Program-made: the position numbers and the translations under genes
In this document: positions 1-9,313 of the stretch, in pieces
How positions within the stretch are numbered: position 1 is the first letter of the stretch
How the letters are laid out: each line of letters opens with the position of its first letter
Notes under the pieces: model-generated
Databases searched by the model: none
The model's input: only the letters and a program-made list of their open reading frames with translations
Told to the model about the DNA's origin: nothing
Source: Campylobacterota bacterium
GTDB lineage: Bacteria; Campylobacterota; Campylobacteria; Campylobacterales; Thiovulaceae
Direction of reading: 5' to 3'
DNA length: 64,000 nucleotides
Assembly (NCBI GenBank): GCA_030152305.1
Contig: JASKOM010000001.1
Span: forward strand, 329,174-393,173

Positions 1-769
1 TATCACTTAAGAAACCGCCACTTTTTAATTCAGAAGTCGTGATATTAAAATCTAATAATTCTTTATCTCGCAACACTTCAAAATTAAAAACAGTGCCTAT
101 TTTAGACATTAAAATATCTTTTAAAAACAATTCAATAGATTTTGGTCTTTCACCATTAAAATATAATATTTGATCATCTTGAACGAATTTATTATCAACA
201 AAAAAGGGATTTGAATATTTAACAAAAATGGAACCGTTAATTTCTTCGAATCTTGCACCAATATCTGAAAACAGTCCATCTTTACTATGTAAAAAAAATT
301 TTACAAAATCGATATCAATAAATTTATTATCACCGACAGTAATACCAGTTGTAAAACAACAGCCAGAAACAATTCTTAAATTATCATCAATACTTTCACT
401 ATATTCAGCAAATTGAAGTCCAATTTGAGGTTTTGAAATATATCCAGAGGAATAGACAGATTCATTCATGACGAATCTATTTGGCTTTTTTGGAGTTTTT
501 ATTTTAATAGGTTCTTTGCCAATAATCAAATCTTTACTTTCAAACATAGAAAGTCCAAAAATAGAATTTCTTTTAATTAAATTTACACCAGTTGGAAGAT
601 GTAAATTTAATTGATTTGGAACAAAGGCAAAAGAACGGTTTTGATCAACTATCCAAGTTTTATAGCCATCGACTAAAAATTGCTCTTTTGCTATTTTTAA
701 TCTACACAACTGATTACTAATAAGTAGTTGAGATGAAATAAAAAAGATAGTTAATTGTTTTTTAACCAT
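1..769 (-). CDS. hypothetical exported protein (3' end runs off the window)
   Basis: Uninterrupted minus-strand frame from ATG (769-767) to position 2. It is absent from the ORF track only because no stop lies inside the window. The N-terminus MVKKQLTIFFISSQLLISNQLC looks like a signal or lipoprotein peptide. The ATG overlaps the ybaB stop (ATGGTTAA), suggesting an operon. Confidence 0.5.
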   Translation of the reverse strand, partial: MVKKQLTIFFISSQLLISNQLCRLKIAKEQFLVDGYKTWIVDQNRSFAFVPNQLNLHLPTGVNLIKRNSIFGLSMFESKDLIIGKEPIKIKTPKKPNRFVMNESVYSSGYISKPQIGLQFAEYSESIDDNLRIVSGCCFTTGITVGDNKFIDIDFVKFFLHSKDGLFSDIGARFEEINGSIFVKYSNPFFVDNKFVQDDQILYFNGERPKSIELFLKDILMSKIGTVFNFEVLRDKELLDFNITTSELKSGGFLSD

Positions 770-1079
770 TGAACTTAAATGAACTCATTCCAGTTACAAT
801 ATTTGTAGCACTCTTTTTTTTGAATTCAGCAACTTTTACATTTGCATCATTAACAGCGGCGACAACAAAAACTTGAATAGCATCAAGATCACCAGAAAGA
901 GCGGAGTCAATTTTAAGATCTGTCATTTCACCTTTACCGTTCATATAAGCTGTAACGATTCCGCCACCACTTTTACCGATAAACTGTTTAATTTGACTTT
1001 CATCTTCATATTTTTTTGCTTGTTCTTGCATTGCAGCTAAAGCTTTTTCAAGCTCTTTAGGATCAAAATTTCCAAACAT
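762..1079 (-). CDS. ybaB: nucleoid-associated protein, YbaB/EbfC family
   Basis: 105 aa. MFGNFDPKELEKAL...GKSGGGIVTAYMNGKGEMTDLKID is a typical YbaB pattern. I moved the start to ATG 1079 (GAGG about 11 nt upstream) because the longer ORF-track start overlaps panD. Confidence 0.8.
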   Translation of the reverse strand: MFGNFDPKELEKALAAMQEQAKKYEDESQIKQFIGKSGGGIVTAYMNGKGEMTDLKIDSALSGDLDAIQVFVVAAVNDANVKVAEFKKKSATNIVTGMSSFKFNG

Positions 1080-1083
1080 TTTA

Positions 1084-1449
1084 TTAAACCTCGTATTTAA
1101 CATCAATTATATTATTATTTTTATCAACTAAAACAACTGTTGGCTGATAATTTATTAATTCGTGTTCAGAAAAAGAAGCATATGCGACAATGATAATTAC
1201 ATCACCGATATGAACTTTTCGGGCTGCTGCACCATTTAAACAGATATCTCGTTTGCCTCGTTCGCCACGAATAGCATAAGTCGAGAATCGTTCGCCATTA
1301 TTAACATTTAATATTTCAACTTTTTGACCAACTCTTAATTTAGCTTTTTCTAAAAGTTCATCATCAATCGTAATCGATCCAACATAATTTAAATTAGCAT
1401 CAGTAACAGTGGCTCGATGAATTTTGCTATATAACATATCAATATTCAT
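1084..1449 (-). CDS. panD: aspartate 1-decarboxylase
   Basis: 121 aa. Contains SKIHRATVT and the self-processing Gly-Ser site in NYVGSITID. Size and pattern are typical of PanD. Confidence 0.9.
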   Translation of the reverse strand: MNIDMLYSKIHRATVTDANLNYVGSITIDDELLEKAKLRVGQKVEILNVNNGERFSTYAIRGERGKRDICLNGAAARKVHIGDVIIIVAYASFSEHELINYQPTVVLVDKNNNIIDVKYEV

Positions 1450-1453
1450 AAAT

Positions 1454-1831
1454 TTATAGCCTGCCCATTTGTCTCAACATATCAGCTGGTTGAATAGCTT
1501 TATCCCAAAAAGTATCTTTAATTAAAAGCTCTTCAACAGGTTTACCACCGATAATATGTTCATTAACAATTTTATCAATAGCGATTTTATCAACAGCGAC
1601 ATACATAAAATGCCCAGGTTCAACTAACATGACTGGACCAAGATTACATCGTCCAAGACAACTAGTTTGAATTGGTTGAACGGTTGCAATTATTCCTTTT
1701 TGCATTAGTGTTTGAGCCAAATATTGAAAATGATCTCTAGTGTCAGCTCTTACACAGCTAGGTTTTGGCATTCCTGGAGGGCTTGACTGTTGGCACTTAA
1801 ACATGTAAAAGGCTGGTTGTGGTTGTCCCAT
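1454..1831 (-). CDS. thioredoxin-like (2Fe-2S) ferredoxin domain protein
   Basis: 125 aa with four spaced Cys. The [17 protein letters not shown] segment is typical of the (2Fe-2S) ferredoxin / NuoE-like fold. Confidence 0.6.
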   Translation of the reverse strand: MGQPQPAFYMFKCQQSSPPGMPKPSCVRADTRDHFQYLAQTLMQKGIIATVQPIQTSCLGRCNLGPVMLVEPGHFMYVAVDKIAIDKIVNEHIIGGKPVEELLIKDTFWDKAIQPADMLRQMGRL

Positions 1832-1990
1832 AAACTCTCCTCATATTTGGCTTAACTTTTTATTTAAGCTTTTAAAAGAATTCTACCAAAGTTTAATATT
1901 AAATATTTCTTTATTTTATAAAAAAGAGAAAAAAGCTTTATCAAAACACGGAATGACGAATTTGCCCGTTTTGTGTGAAGTTATGTTTTG

Positions 1991-2683
1991 TTAATCTTGA
2001 TATTCGTAGTTTACGATCATGTTTGATAATTTGATTAAATCTGTTGTTTTGAATTGAGAAATTATCATTTCAGCGAAGATTTGAAGTTTTGCAATTCGAT
2101 CTAATTCTAATTTTTCGAAATAATCTCGAGTTAATTCGTTTGCTTGAATATGTCTTTCTTCGCGAATATCTTTTGCCTTTTGTTGAGTAACTCGTAAATT
2201 TATAAAATTTGCAATTTACCCATAAATAATATCCGCTTTTGTTTTCGTATTTGCTGGAACAACATATTTTTTTATTGCACTTGTGAGAGGCAAATAATCT
2301 TTTTTTGTCTTATTTCGAATTTCATTCCAAGCAACACCGTCATTAACAAGTTCTAATATTTTTTTCGAAATCCAAATTGAGAACTTAGGATCAAGCCATT
2401 CTGTATATTTAATCGCTAAATCTCGATGAATCCAAGTTCCTGTTAAACTTTTATCATCACCACCTCGTTTTACATCAATTAAGCCAATTTCTTTTAATAA
2501 CTTTTGTAGTTTATTGTCTTCAGATTTTGTCAAGGCTTCTAAATTTATGCCCAGCGATTTGGATTTATTGTGAGATATTACTTCAGAAAATAAATTTAAA
2601 TCTAATTTATTCCCAACTGGGTCAGCAACCCATTTGGTGATTATCACCGATTTATCGATATTTTCTTCATTAGCCCATTGCAT
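1991..2683 (-). pseudogene. KilA-N domain protein gene interrupted by an in-frame TAA
   Basis: ORF 2216..2683 carries the KilA-N core (GTWIHRDLAIKYTEWLDPKFSIWISKKILEL) and ends at TAA (2218-2216). The same frame stays open for 74 more codons to TAA at 1993-1991 (IANFINLRVTQQKAKDIREERHIQANELTRDYFEKLELDRIAKLQ...). That continuation resembles the usual C-terminal region of KilA-N/antirepressor-type proteins. Confidence 0.6.
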
Positions 2684-2694
2684 AATAATTTTTT

Positions 2695-2943
2695 CTAATT
2701 TTTTTCTTTTTCGTCTAATTTGATATTAATCAAAGCAGAAATAAAAGCTTTCGTCGAAGATATTCTAAACCAGTCTCGAGAATCTTTTCCAAAATGTTTG
2801 GAAATTTCTGTTACTTTTAACATGACTTTTGGATTAGTTTTTTCGCCTGATAATAAAAAATCAGAAACAAGTTTATAACTCTCTGTCGAGTATTGGAACG
2901 ATTTCAGCACAGATTCATATTTATATGCCATAATTTCAGCCAC
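2695..2943 (-). CDS. 82-aa ORF, possibly an N-terminal fragment of the same decayed KilA-N-type gene
   Basis: Contains VTEISKHFGKDSRDWFRISSTKAFISAL, resembling the N-terminal half of KilA-N domains. It ends at TAG inside the A-rich tract GACGAAAAAGAAAAAAATTAG. The downstream ORF frame is already open about 30 nt before that stop (-1 relationship). Confidence 0.35.
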   Translation of the reverse strand: MAEIMAYKYESVLKSFQYSTESYKLVSDFLLSGEKTNPKVMLKVTEISKHFGKDSRDWFRISSTKAFISALINIKLDEKEKN

Positions 2944-3106
2944 TTTCGTTTGGATTTTTCATTTCTCATAAAGTGTCAGAATATGAGGAATGAATTTTTC
3001 GAATTATAACTCAATGCCTCCTTTTCAAATAAATTAAAATTAAATAAGTTAATAAAAAATAATAAAAATATGTTTGTGGAATTTAAAAAAAAAGAAGATT
3101 TTCGTC

Positions 3107-3143
3107 ATCCCGAAGCGGTAGCTCCTGTAATTCATTTCGGGAT
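3107..3143 (-). terminator. hairpin downstream of the 3202..3456 gene
   Basis: ATCCCGAA (3107-3114) pairs with TTCGGGAT (3136-3143) around a 21-nt loop. On the minus strand a T-run follows about 14 nt later. The large loop and distant T-run make this weak. Confidence 0.3.
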
Positions 3144-3201
3144 CTTTTGATTATTTTAGGTTTTGTATTTTGTGTAGTTTGTTAAAAAGAGGAAAACCTC
3201 A

Positions 3202-3456
3202 TCATTTCCATCTTTTATCTCTTTCTTCTTGTATTTTTATTTCTTGTTTTTCTCTTTGTTGTCTTTCTGCTTTTTCCATATAATAATCTTGCATTATGGC
3301 TTTTTTCTCGTTGCTGTCATATCCTTTACCTGTCAAATTAGGTGGACCTCCATAAGGGTCTTGCTTATATCCAAATTCTTTATACCCATACCCCCACAAG
3401 TTAGAACTTAATCCAACTGCAACAAAGCCTAAAAAGGCTAACTTTTTTATTTCCAT
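3202..3456 (-). CDS. small exported protein, hypothetical
   Basis: 84 aa. Signal-peptide-like N-terminus (MEIKKLAFLGFVAVGLSSNLWG), a Gly/Tyr-rich middle and a charged K/E/Q-rich tail. Confidence 0.5.
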   Translation of the reverse strand: MEIKKLAFLGFVAVGLSSNLWGYGYKEFGYKQDPYGGPPNLTGKGYDSNEKKAIMQDYYMEKAERQQREKQEIKIQEERDKRWK

Positions 3457-3671
3457 TTTTCAAACTCCTATTTGTTAAAAGAAATTTTTTTCACCCGTCA
3501 CAAAACGAGCTGTCAAATTGTAAAAAAAAAAACGGTTTTGTCAAATAATGTTTTAAAATAGAAATTAGGCATAATTTTTCGTGATCAGCTGTTTATAAAT
3601 TTATTTTTAAGTTTGATATTCGCGGTTTTTCTCGATGTTTGATAGAATTTTAAAAATAGAGATTTTTAGGA

Positions 3672-4610
3672 GTGTTCAGTTTGATTAAAAAGAAATATAG
3701 ACTTGTTACTCGTAGCGATATGGACGGGTTAGTCTCTGCTGTTTTATTAAAAGAGATTGGAATTATAAATAGCATTAAGTTTGTTCATCCAAAAGATATG
3801 CAAGATGGCAGAATAGAAATTACTGAAAATGACATAACTACGAATTTGCCTTATAACTCAAAGGCTTATTTAGTTTTTGATCATCACGAAAGTGAAGCTC
3901 AACGAAATAAACGAGCTGATAATTATATTATCGATGCAAAAGCACCTTCGGCGGCAAGAATTGTTTATGATTATTATGGCGGTAAATCGGCTTTTCCTCG
4001 AATTTCAAATGAAATGATGATTGCCGTTGATAAAGCTGATTCAGCTCAATTTACGATGGACGATGTTTTAAATCCAAAAGGTTGGGAACTTTTAAGTTTT
4101 TTAATGGATTCACGAACAGGTTTAGGTAGATTTCGAGAATTCAGAATTGCAAATTACGAATTAATGATGAACCTCATCGATTATTGTGTAACTCATTCGA
4201 TTGATGAAATTCTTGCTCTTCCAGATGTAAAAGAGCGAGTTGATTTATATAAAAAATATGAGAAAGATTTTAAAGATCAAATTTTAAGATGTTCAAAAGT
4301 TTATAAAAATTTAGTTGTTCTTGATTTGCGAAACGAAGAAGTTATTTTCCTAGGGAATAGATTTATGATTTATGCACTTTTTCCAAAAACGAATATTTCG
4401 ATTCATCATATTTGGGGATTTAGACAACAAAATCAGGTTTTTGCAACTGGCAAATCGATATTTAATCGAACTTCTAAAACAAATATTGGTAATTTAATGC
4501 TTAAATATGGCGGTGGTGGTCATGCGAATGCTGGAACTTGCCAAATTGATAGCGATAAAGCCGATGAGGTTTTAGGTGAATTAATTTCTCAAATTACGAT
4601 TGATGGTTGA
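3672..4610 (+). CDS. DHH-family phosphoesterase (exopolyphosphatase-related)
   Basis: Contains SDMDG, DHH (VFDHHESE) and GGGGHANAG motifs. AGGAG (3668-3672) overlaps the GTG at 3672, so the in-frame TTG at 3681 is the more likely start. Confidence 0.7.
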   Translation: MFSLIKKKYRLVTRSDMDGLVSAVLLKEIGIINSIKFVHPKDMQDGRIEITENDITTNLPYNSKAYLVFDHHESEAQRNKRADNYIIDAKAPSAARIVYDYYGGKSAFPRISNEMMIAVDKADSAQFTMDDVLNPKGWELLSFLMDSRTGLGRFREFRIANYELMMNLIDYCVTHSIDEILALPDVKERVDLYKKYEKDFKDQILRCSKVYKNLVVLDLRNEEVIFLGNRFMIYALFPKTNISIHHIWGFRQQNQVFATGKSIFNRTSKTNIGNLMLKYGGGGHANAGTCQIDSDKADEVLGELISQITIDG

Positions 4611-4646
4611 GAAAATAAAAAAATAACAAATAACTAAAAGGTTTAT

Positions 4647-5990
4647 ATGAAAAATCCACAAAGTGCTACTCCAAGCGAAATTGTTAAATATCTTGACGAA
4701 TATGTAATCGGACAAGATCAGGCAAAAAGAACGATTGCTCTTGCTTTGAGAACTCGTTATCGACGAATGAAGTTATCGCCAGAAATTCGCGACGATGTTA
4801 TGCCAAAAAATATTTTGATGATCGGTTCAACAGGTGTCGGTAAAACAGAAATCGCTCGTCGTCTTGCGAAAATTATGAATTTTCCATTTATAAAAGTTGA
4901 AGCATCGAAATATACAGAAGTCGGTTATGTTGGTCGTGATGTCGAATCGATGATTCGCGATTTAGTTAGCTTTTCGTTTAATATGGTCAAAACTCAAATT
5001 CAACAAGAAAAAAGCGAGGCAATCGAAAATTATATAGCTGAAAAAATTCTTGACAAACTTGTTCCACAACCGCCAAAAAGTAATTATTCGAACATGGATG
5101 ATAAATATGATTCAGTTCGCGAAAAAATGCGAATTCGTTTAAAAAATGGTGAATTAGATGACCGAAAAATAAATATCGAAATTGCAAAAACTCCAAGTAA
5201 TTATGGTTCTGGTGAAGATGGTGTATCTCATGTCGAAATTATTAAAATTCAAGAATCTTTGACTTCGATGTTTGATTCGATGGGAAATCGCAAAGAATCA
5301 AAAGAAGTTACTGTTAAAGAAGCTCGAGAATTATTAAGACATGAAGGTTCAGAATCTATTCTTGATAAAGAAGAAATTCGAAAAGAGGCACTTCGAAAAG
5401 CAAGTGAAGAAGGAATCGTATTTATTGACGAAATCGATAAAATCGCTGGTTCTGGAACAAATCGAAATGATCCAAGTAAAGAAGGTGTTCAACGAGATTT
5501 ATTGCCAATCGTCGAAGGTAGCACAGTTAATACGAAATTAGGTCAAATAAAAACTGATCATATTTTATTTATTTCGGCTGGAGCTTTTCATGTTAGTAAA
5601 CCAAGTGATTTAATTCCTGAACTTCAAGGTAGATTTCCTCTTAGAGTCGAACTTGAAAATTTAACTGAAGAAATTTTATATAAAATATTAACTCAACCAA
5701 AAAATTCGTTGTTAAAACAGTATGTAGCTTTGTTAGAAGTCGAAGGTGTAAATTTAACTTTTAACGATTCAGCGATTAGATCAATTGCAAAAATTGCACA
5801 AAGAGCAAATGAAAAAACTGAAGATATCGGAGCAAGACGATTACATACGATTATCGAAAAAGTTCTTGAAAAAATTAGCTTTAAAGCTAACGAATTAACA
5901 GGTCAAAATATCGAAATCAGTTCTGATCTAGTTGAAAATGAGTTAAACGACTTTTTAACTAACGAAGATGTAGCTCATTATATTTTATAA
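4647..5990 (+). CDS. hslU: ATP-dependent protease ATPase subunit HslU
   Basis: 447 aa. Has the N-terminal TPSEIVKYLDEYVIGQDQAKR, Walker A GSTGVGKTEIARRLA, IVFIDEIDKI, and the C-terminal GARRLHTIIEKVLE... Confidence 0.92.
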   Translation: MKNPQSATPSEIVKYLDEYVIGQDQAKRTIALALRTRYRRMKLSPEIRDDVMPKNILMIGSTGVGKTEIARRLAKIMNFPFIKVEASKYTEVGYVGRDVESMIRDLVSFSFNMVKTQIQQEKSEAIENYIAEKILDKLVPQPPKSNYSNMDDKYDSVREKMRIRLKNGELDDRKINIEIAKTPSNYGSGEDGVSHVEIIKIQESLTSMFDSMGNRKESKEVTVKEARELLRHEGSESILDKEEIRKEALRKASEEGIVFIDEIDKIAGSGTNRNDPSKEGVQRDLLPIVEGSTVNTKLGQIKTDHILFISAGAFHVSKPSDLIPELQGRFPLRVELENLTEEILYKILTQPKNSLLKQYVALLEVEGVNLTFNDSAIRSIAKIAQRANEKTEDIGARRLHTIIEKVLEKISFKANELTGQNIEISSDLVENELNDFLTNEDVAHYIL

Positions 5991-5995
5991 AAATA

Positions 5996-7276
5996 ATGGA
6001 ACGGATTTTAAATAATAAAAAAGTTCTTCTCGCTGTTACTGGAAGTATTGCGATTTATAAAAGTTTAGAATTAATTAGACTTTTGACAAAAAGCGGTGCT
6101 TCTGTTCGAGTTATTATGACTGAACATGCAAAAAAATTTATCACTCCGCTAACTTTCGAAACTCTTTCATCAAATTTAGTTTTGCATGAAAATAGCGAAA
6201 GTTGGGCTTCTGATATGAATCATATAAATATTTCACGATGGGCTGATATTTTTGTTATTGCTCCAGCAACGGCAAACACGATAAATAAATTAGCAAATGG
6301 CATCGCTGATAATATTTTATTACAAACGGCTCTAGCTTATAATCGAGAAATTATTATTTCGCCATCGGCAAATACGAACATGATTCATAATACGATTACT
6401 CAAACAAGCTTAAAATTATTGGCTTTGTCTAATTATAAAATTATCTCAACTCAAACGAAAGAACTTGCTTGTAAAACTGAAGGCGATGGTGCAATGGCTT
6501 CACCTGAAGAAATTTTTTTAAATATCGCTAGATCATTATTAAAAAAAGATTTTTGGACAAATCGTCGAGTCGTTATTACTGGAGGCGGAACAATCGAGAA
6601 AATCGATGAGGTTCGATATATTTCTAATTTTTCAAGCGGTAAAATGGGTTCAGCGATAGCAAAAGCTTTATATTTTCGTGGAGCTGATATCTGTTTTATT
6701 TCGAGTCGTTTTCCTGATAATTTGCCAAATGAAAGCTGTAAAATCGAGGTTCAATCAGCTGACGAAATGAACAAATATTTAATCGATTCGATTCGAATTG
6801 CAAAAAAAGGTTTAATTATTAAACCGAAATTAGGCGAAAACGGCGATACGAAATTAATTCAAAAAATGCCATATTTATTTATGAGTTCGGCTGTTGCTGA
6901 TTATAAACCTAAAATACAACATGATGGCAAATTAAAATCGCACCTCATCGGCAATAATTGGAATCTTGAATTAATCGAAAATATCGATATTTTAGAAAAT
7001 TTAGATAAAAACGGAATTCGAGCAATTGGCTTTAAAGCTGAAACAGATAAAAATCGCGGTTCGGAATATGCAAAAAATATGTTAATCAAAAAAGATTTAT
7101 ATGCAGTTTGTTTAAATATTCTCGAAAATAGCGAAAGTTTTGGAACAGATACGAATAAAATCGATATATTTATGCGAAACGGTTTTGAAGAAAGTTTTCC
7201 ATCGCTTTCTAAACTTGAACTTTCATTGCAAATTTTAGATTATTTGGAGGAGATCGAAAAAGATGATAAAAGATAA
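5996..7276 (+). CDS. coaBC: bifunctional phosphopantothenoylcysteine decarboxylase / phosphopantothenate-cysteine ligase
   Basis: 426 aa. N-terminal flavoprotein half (VLLAVTGSIAIYKS, APATANTINKLANGIADN) and a C-terminal CoaB half (ITGGGTIEKIDEVRYISNFSSGKMG). Confidence 0.88.
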   Translation: MERILNNKKVLLAVTGSIAIYKSLELIRLLTKSGASVRVIMTEHAKKFITPLTFETLSSNLVLHENSESWASDMNHINISRWADIFVIAPATANTINKLANGIADNILLQTALAYNREIIISPSANTNMIHNTITQTSLKLLALSNYKIISTQTKELACKTEGDGAMASPEEIFLNIARSLLKKDFWTNRRVVITGGGTIEKIDEVRYISNFSSGKMGSAIAKALYFRGADICFISSRFPDNLPNESCKIEVQSADEMNKYLIDSIRIAKKGLIIKPKLGENGDTKLIQKMPYLFMSSAVADYKPKIQHDGKLKSHLIGNNWNLELIENIDILENLDKNGIRAIGFKAETDKNRGSEYAKNMLIKKDLYAVCLNILENSESFGTDTNKIDIFMRNGFEESFPSLSKLELSLQILDYLEEIEKDDKR

Positions 7277-7850
7277 AAATGAGGCTTTAGATATTATAAG
7301 CGACAAAAATAGCGATTTGAATATTTTGCTTGAAATTTTGCAAAATTTTAAAAATGATAAAGAAATCGCTGGTGGAATTGCGATAAATATTTCACAAAGA
7401 ACTTCAGTTTATAATTTAGAATTAGGGCGAAGTGCAGTTTTGATAAAAATCTTAGAAGAATTATCAGAAGTTGAAGATATGAGCAGTCGATGGGCAGTTG
7501 CAAAAAATAGACATACTCCTGTAAATATTCTTGAAAAATTATCTCAAGATAATATAAATTTAGTTCGGGCATTAGTTGCAACAAATCCAAATACTCCAAA
7601 AGAGATTTTGACTAAATTATTTAGTGATGAAAAAATCGTTCGAGACGGTTTATCAGGAAATCCATCGACACCAGCTAAATTATTACGAGTTCTTGCAGAC
7701 GATAAAGACAAAATGGCTAGATTGCGAGTTGCAGAAAATCCATCGACACCAATAGATGTCTTAGAAAGATTATTAAAAGATAGTGATGTGAATGTTCAAA
7801 AAGCTTCAGAAATATCTATCAAACATCGAGATATCGAAGAAAAAAGATAA
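7263..7850 (+). CDS. leucine-rich-repeat-variant / HEAT-like repeat protein
   Basis: 195 aa with reiterated NP-x-TP-x3-L-x2-L units (NPNTPKEILTKL, NPSTPAKLLRVL, NPSTPIDVLERL). Overlaps the coaBC end by 14 nt. Confidence 0.55.
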   Translation: MIKDKNEALDIISDKNSDLNILLEILQNFKNDKEIAGGIAINISQRTSVYNLELGRSAVLIKILEELSEVEDMSSRWAVAKNRHTPVNILEKLSQDNINLVRALVATNPNTPKEILTKLFSDEKIVRDGLSGNPSTPAKLLRVLADDKDKMARLRVAENPSTPIDVLERLLKDSDVNVQKASEISIKHRDIEEKR

Positions 7851-7868
7851 TTGGAGAAATAAATAAAC

Positions 7869-8486
7869 ATGGAAAATTTACATGATTTAAATTTAATATT
7901 TTATATAACATCTTATTTATTAGGATCTATTCCTTTTGGATTGATTCTTGCAAAAACTTTTGCAGGAATAGATGTTAGAAATAGTGGCAGTGGAAATATC
8001 GGAGCTACAAATGTTCTTAGAGTTGTAAAAGAAAAAGATCCAATATTAGCAGGAAAATTGTCTTTTTTTACATTGATATTAGATGCATTAAAAGCATCGA
8101 TTCCTATTTTAATAGCAAAATATATTTTTGAAATGCCAGAAGCATCGCTTTGGGCAATCGGAGTTTTAGCAGTTATAGGACACACTTTTTCTCTGTTTTT
8201 ATGGTTCGATGGTGGCAAAGGTGTAGCAACAGGTCTCGGTGTATCAGCTGTAATGTTGCCTCTTGAAAGTTTAATAGCATTTGTTGTTTGGGTGTTTGTT
8301 AGTAAAGCATTGAAAATATCATCGTTATCTTCAATTGTTGCTTTGATAACTTTATATATTAGCAGTTTATATATTTCTCCAGAAACAACATTAGTTCCTA
8401 TTGGAATTATTGGCTTTTTTATTATATATAAACATCTTCCAAATATAAAAAGATTAATATTTGGTGAAGAAACAAGAGTAGCATAA
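7869..8486 (+). CDS. plsY: glycerol-3-phosphate acyltransferase PlsY
   Basis: 205 aa polytopic membrane protein with GSIPFGLILAK...SGSGNIGATNVLR and GGKGVATG motifs. Confidence 0.88.
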   Translation: MENLHDLNLIFYITSYLLGSIPFGLILAKTFAGIDVRNSGSGNIGATNVLRVVKEKDPILAGKLSFFTLILDALKASIPILIAKYIFEMPEASLWAIGVLAVIGHTFSLFLWFDGGKGVATGLGVSAVMLPLESLIAFVVWVFVSKALKISSLSSIVALITLYISSLYISPETTLVPIGIIGFFIIYKHLPNIKRLIFGEETRVA

Positions 8487-8488
8487 CT

Positions 8489-9307
8489 ATGAAAAAGATT
8501 TTTTTAGGTTCAGCCGTAATATTATTTATGTCTGGTTGTAATCTTGAAAATGAATTAGATATCGAAGAAGGAACTGAAACTCTTTCATGGTTTAAACCAA
8601 GCATGGAAAACAGTTGGCGAATACAAGAAAATGGTGTTTTAAATAATAAAAATAGTGATATTCAGATTATTGACTTGTTTAAATATAATCAATCTGATAT
8701 TTACGATTTAAAACAACGAGGCTCGAAAGTTATATGTAGTTTTTCAGCTGGTGAATTCAATTCTAAAATTAATTTAGATGCCAATAAATTTCCTGCAATC
8801 GCAGTCGGAAATATTAAAAGCGATAATATTAGTTGGATTGATATTAATGATCCAATTGTAAAAGAAATTATGTTAAGTCGAATTGATTATGCAAAAAGTA
8901 GTTCATGCGATGGTGTAAGAATTAAAAATGCTGATTTATATAATGATATTAATACAGGATTTAACATCTCGATTATGAATCAAATTAGTTTTAATTTGGC
9001 TTTAATAGAAAAAGCTCATAAAATAGGTTTGTCAATTGGTTTTAATAATGTAAATGAACAAATTGAAAATTTAAAAAATAGTGCTGATTTCTTGACTTCT
9101 GAAGAATGTCATATTAATGATATTTGTAATAAATATGAAACTTTTACAAAACTTCAAAAACCAGTTTATAATATAGAATATAACGAAATTTATTCAACAA
9201 GTAACGAAGAATTAAATAAATTATGTTTAACTTCAAAAGCTTTTGATGTTCAGACTGTTGTTACTTCTGTAGATTTAAACGGTTCATATAAATATATTTG
9301 TGAATAA
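8489..9307 (+). CDS. lipoprotein, endo-alpha-1,4-polygalactosaminidase-like (GH114-type TIM barrel)
   Basis: Lipobox MKKIFLGSAVILFMSGC. The pattern IQIIDLF...KQRGSKVICSFSAGEF...WIDIND...SSSCDGVRIKNADLY...TGF...AHKIGLSIGFNN matches my memory of GH114 proteins. Confidence 0.55.
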   Translation: MKKIFLGSAVILFMSGCNLENELDIEEGTETLSWFKPSMENSWRIQENGVLNNKNSDIQIIDLFKYNQSDIYDLKQRGSKVICSFSAGEFNSKINLDANKFPAIAVGNIKSDNISWIDINDPIVKEIMLSRIDYAKSSSCDGVRIKNADLYNDINTGFNISIMNQISFNLALIEKAHKIGLSIGFNNVNEQIENLKNSADFLTSEECHINDICNKYETFTKLQKPVYNIEYNEIYSTSNEELNKLCLTSKAFDVQTVVTSVDLNGSYKYICE

Positions 9308-9313
9308 AAAATA

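Noticed and set aside
228-416. 62-aa plus-strand ORF from the track
   Set aside because: It lies antisense within the longer, continuous minus-strand frame 1..769, which has a signal peptide and operon context. This is a typical shadow ORF of AT-rich DNA.
1945-3530. Short similarities flanking the KilA-N remnant, considered as terminal inverted repeats. cggaatgacgaa at 1950-1961 versus its complement-like ttcgtcatcccg at 3101-3112. cacaaaacg-type words at about 1965-1975 (complement) and 3498-3506.
   Set aside because: The matches are only 9-12 nt with mismatches or indels. That is too short to distinguish from chance without a genome-wide check.
4987-5196. Antisense or alternative-frame ORFs inside well-supported genes. 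Coordinates: 4987..5196, 5341..5541, 6901..7089, 7348..7599, 7913..8218, 8422..8604, 13175..13447, 14065..14256, 15432..15644, 15753..15977, 18397..18666, 24405..24626, 33408..33695, 34309..34560, 37144..37395, 38050..38235, 42705..42902, 46122..46307, 47264..47467, 48250..48723, 51070..51270, 53713..53907, 55561..55800, 55674..55922, 57344..57574, 58750..58950, 59906..60118, 61886..62083, 62594..62875, 63668..63949.
   Set aside because: Each is fully embedded in a longer ORF with recognisable family motifs. They show low-complexity sequence and no RBS, and I treat them as spurious.
3672-5990. hslU without an adjacent hslV
   Set aside because: This is unusual relative to the common hslVU operon, but hslV may simply be elsewhere in the genome. 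It cannot be evaluated from this window.
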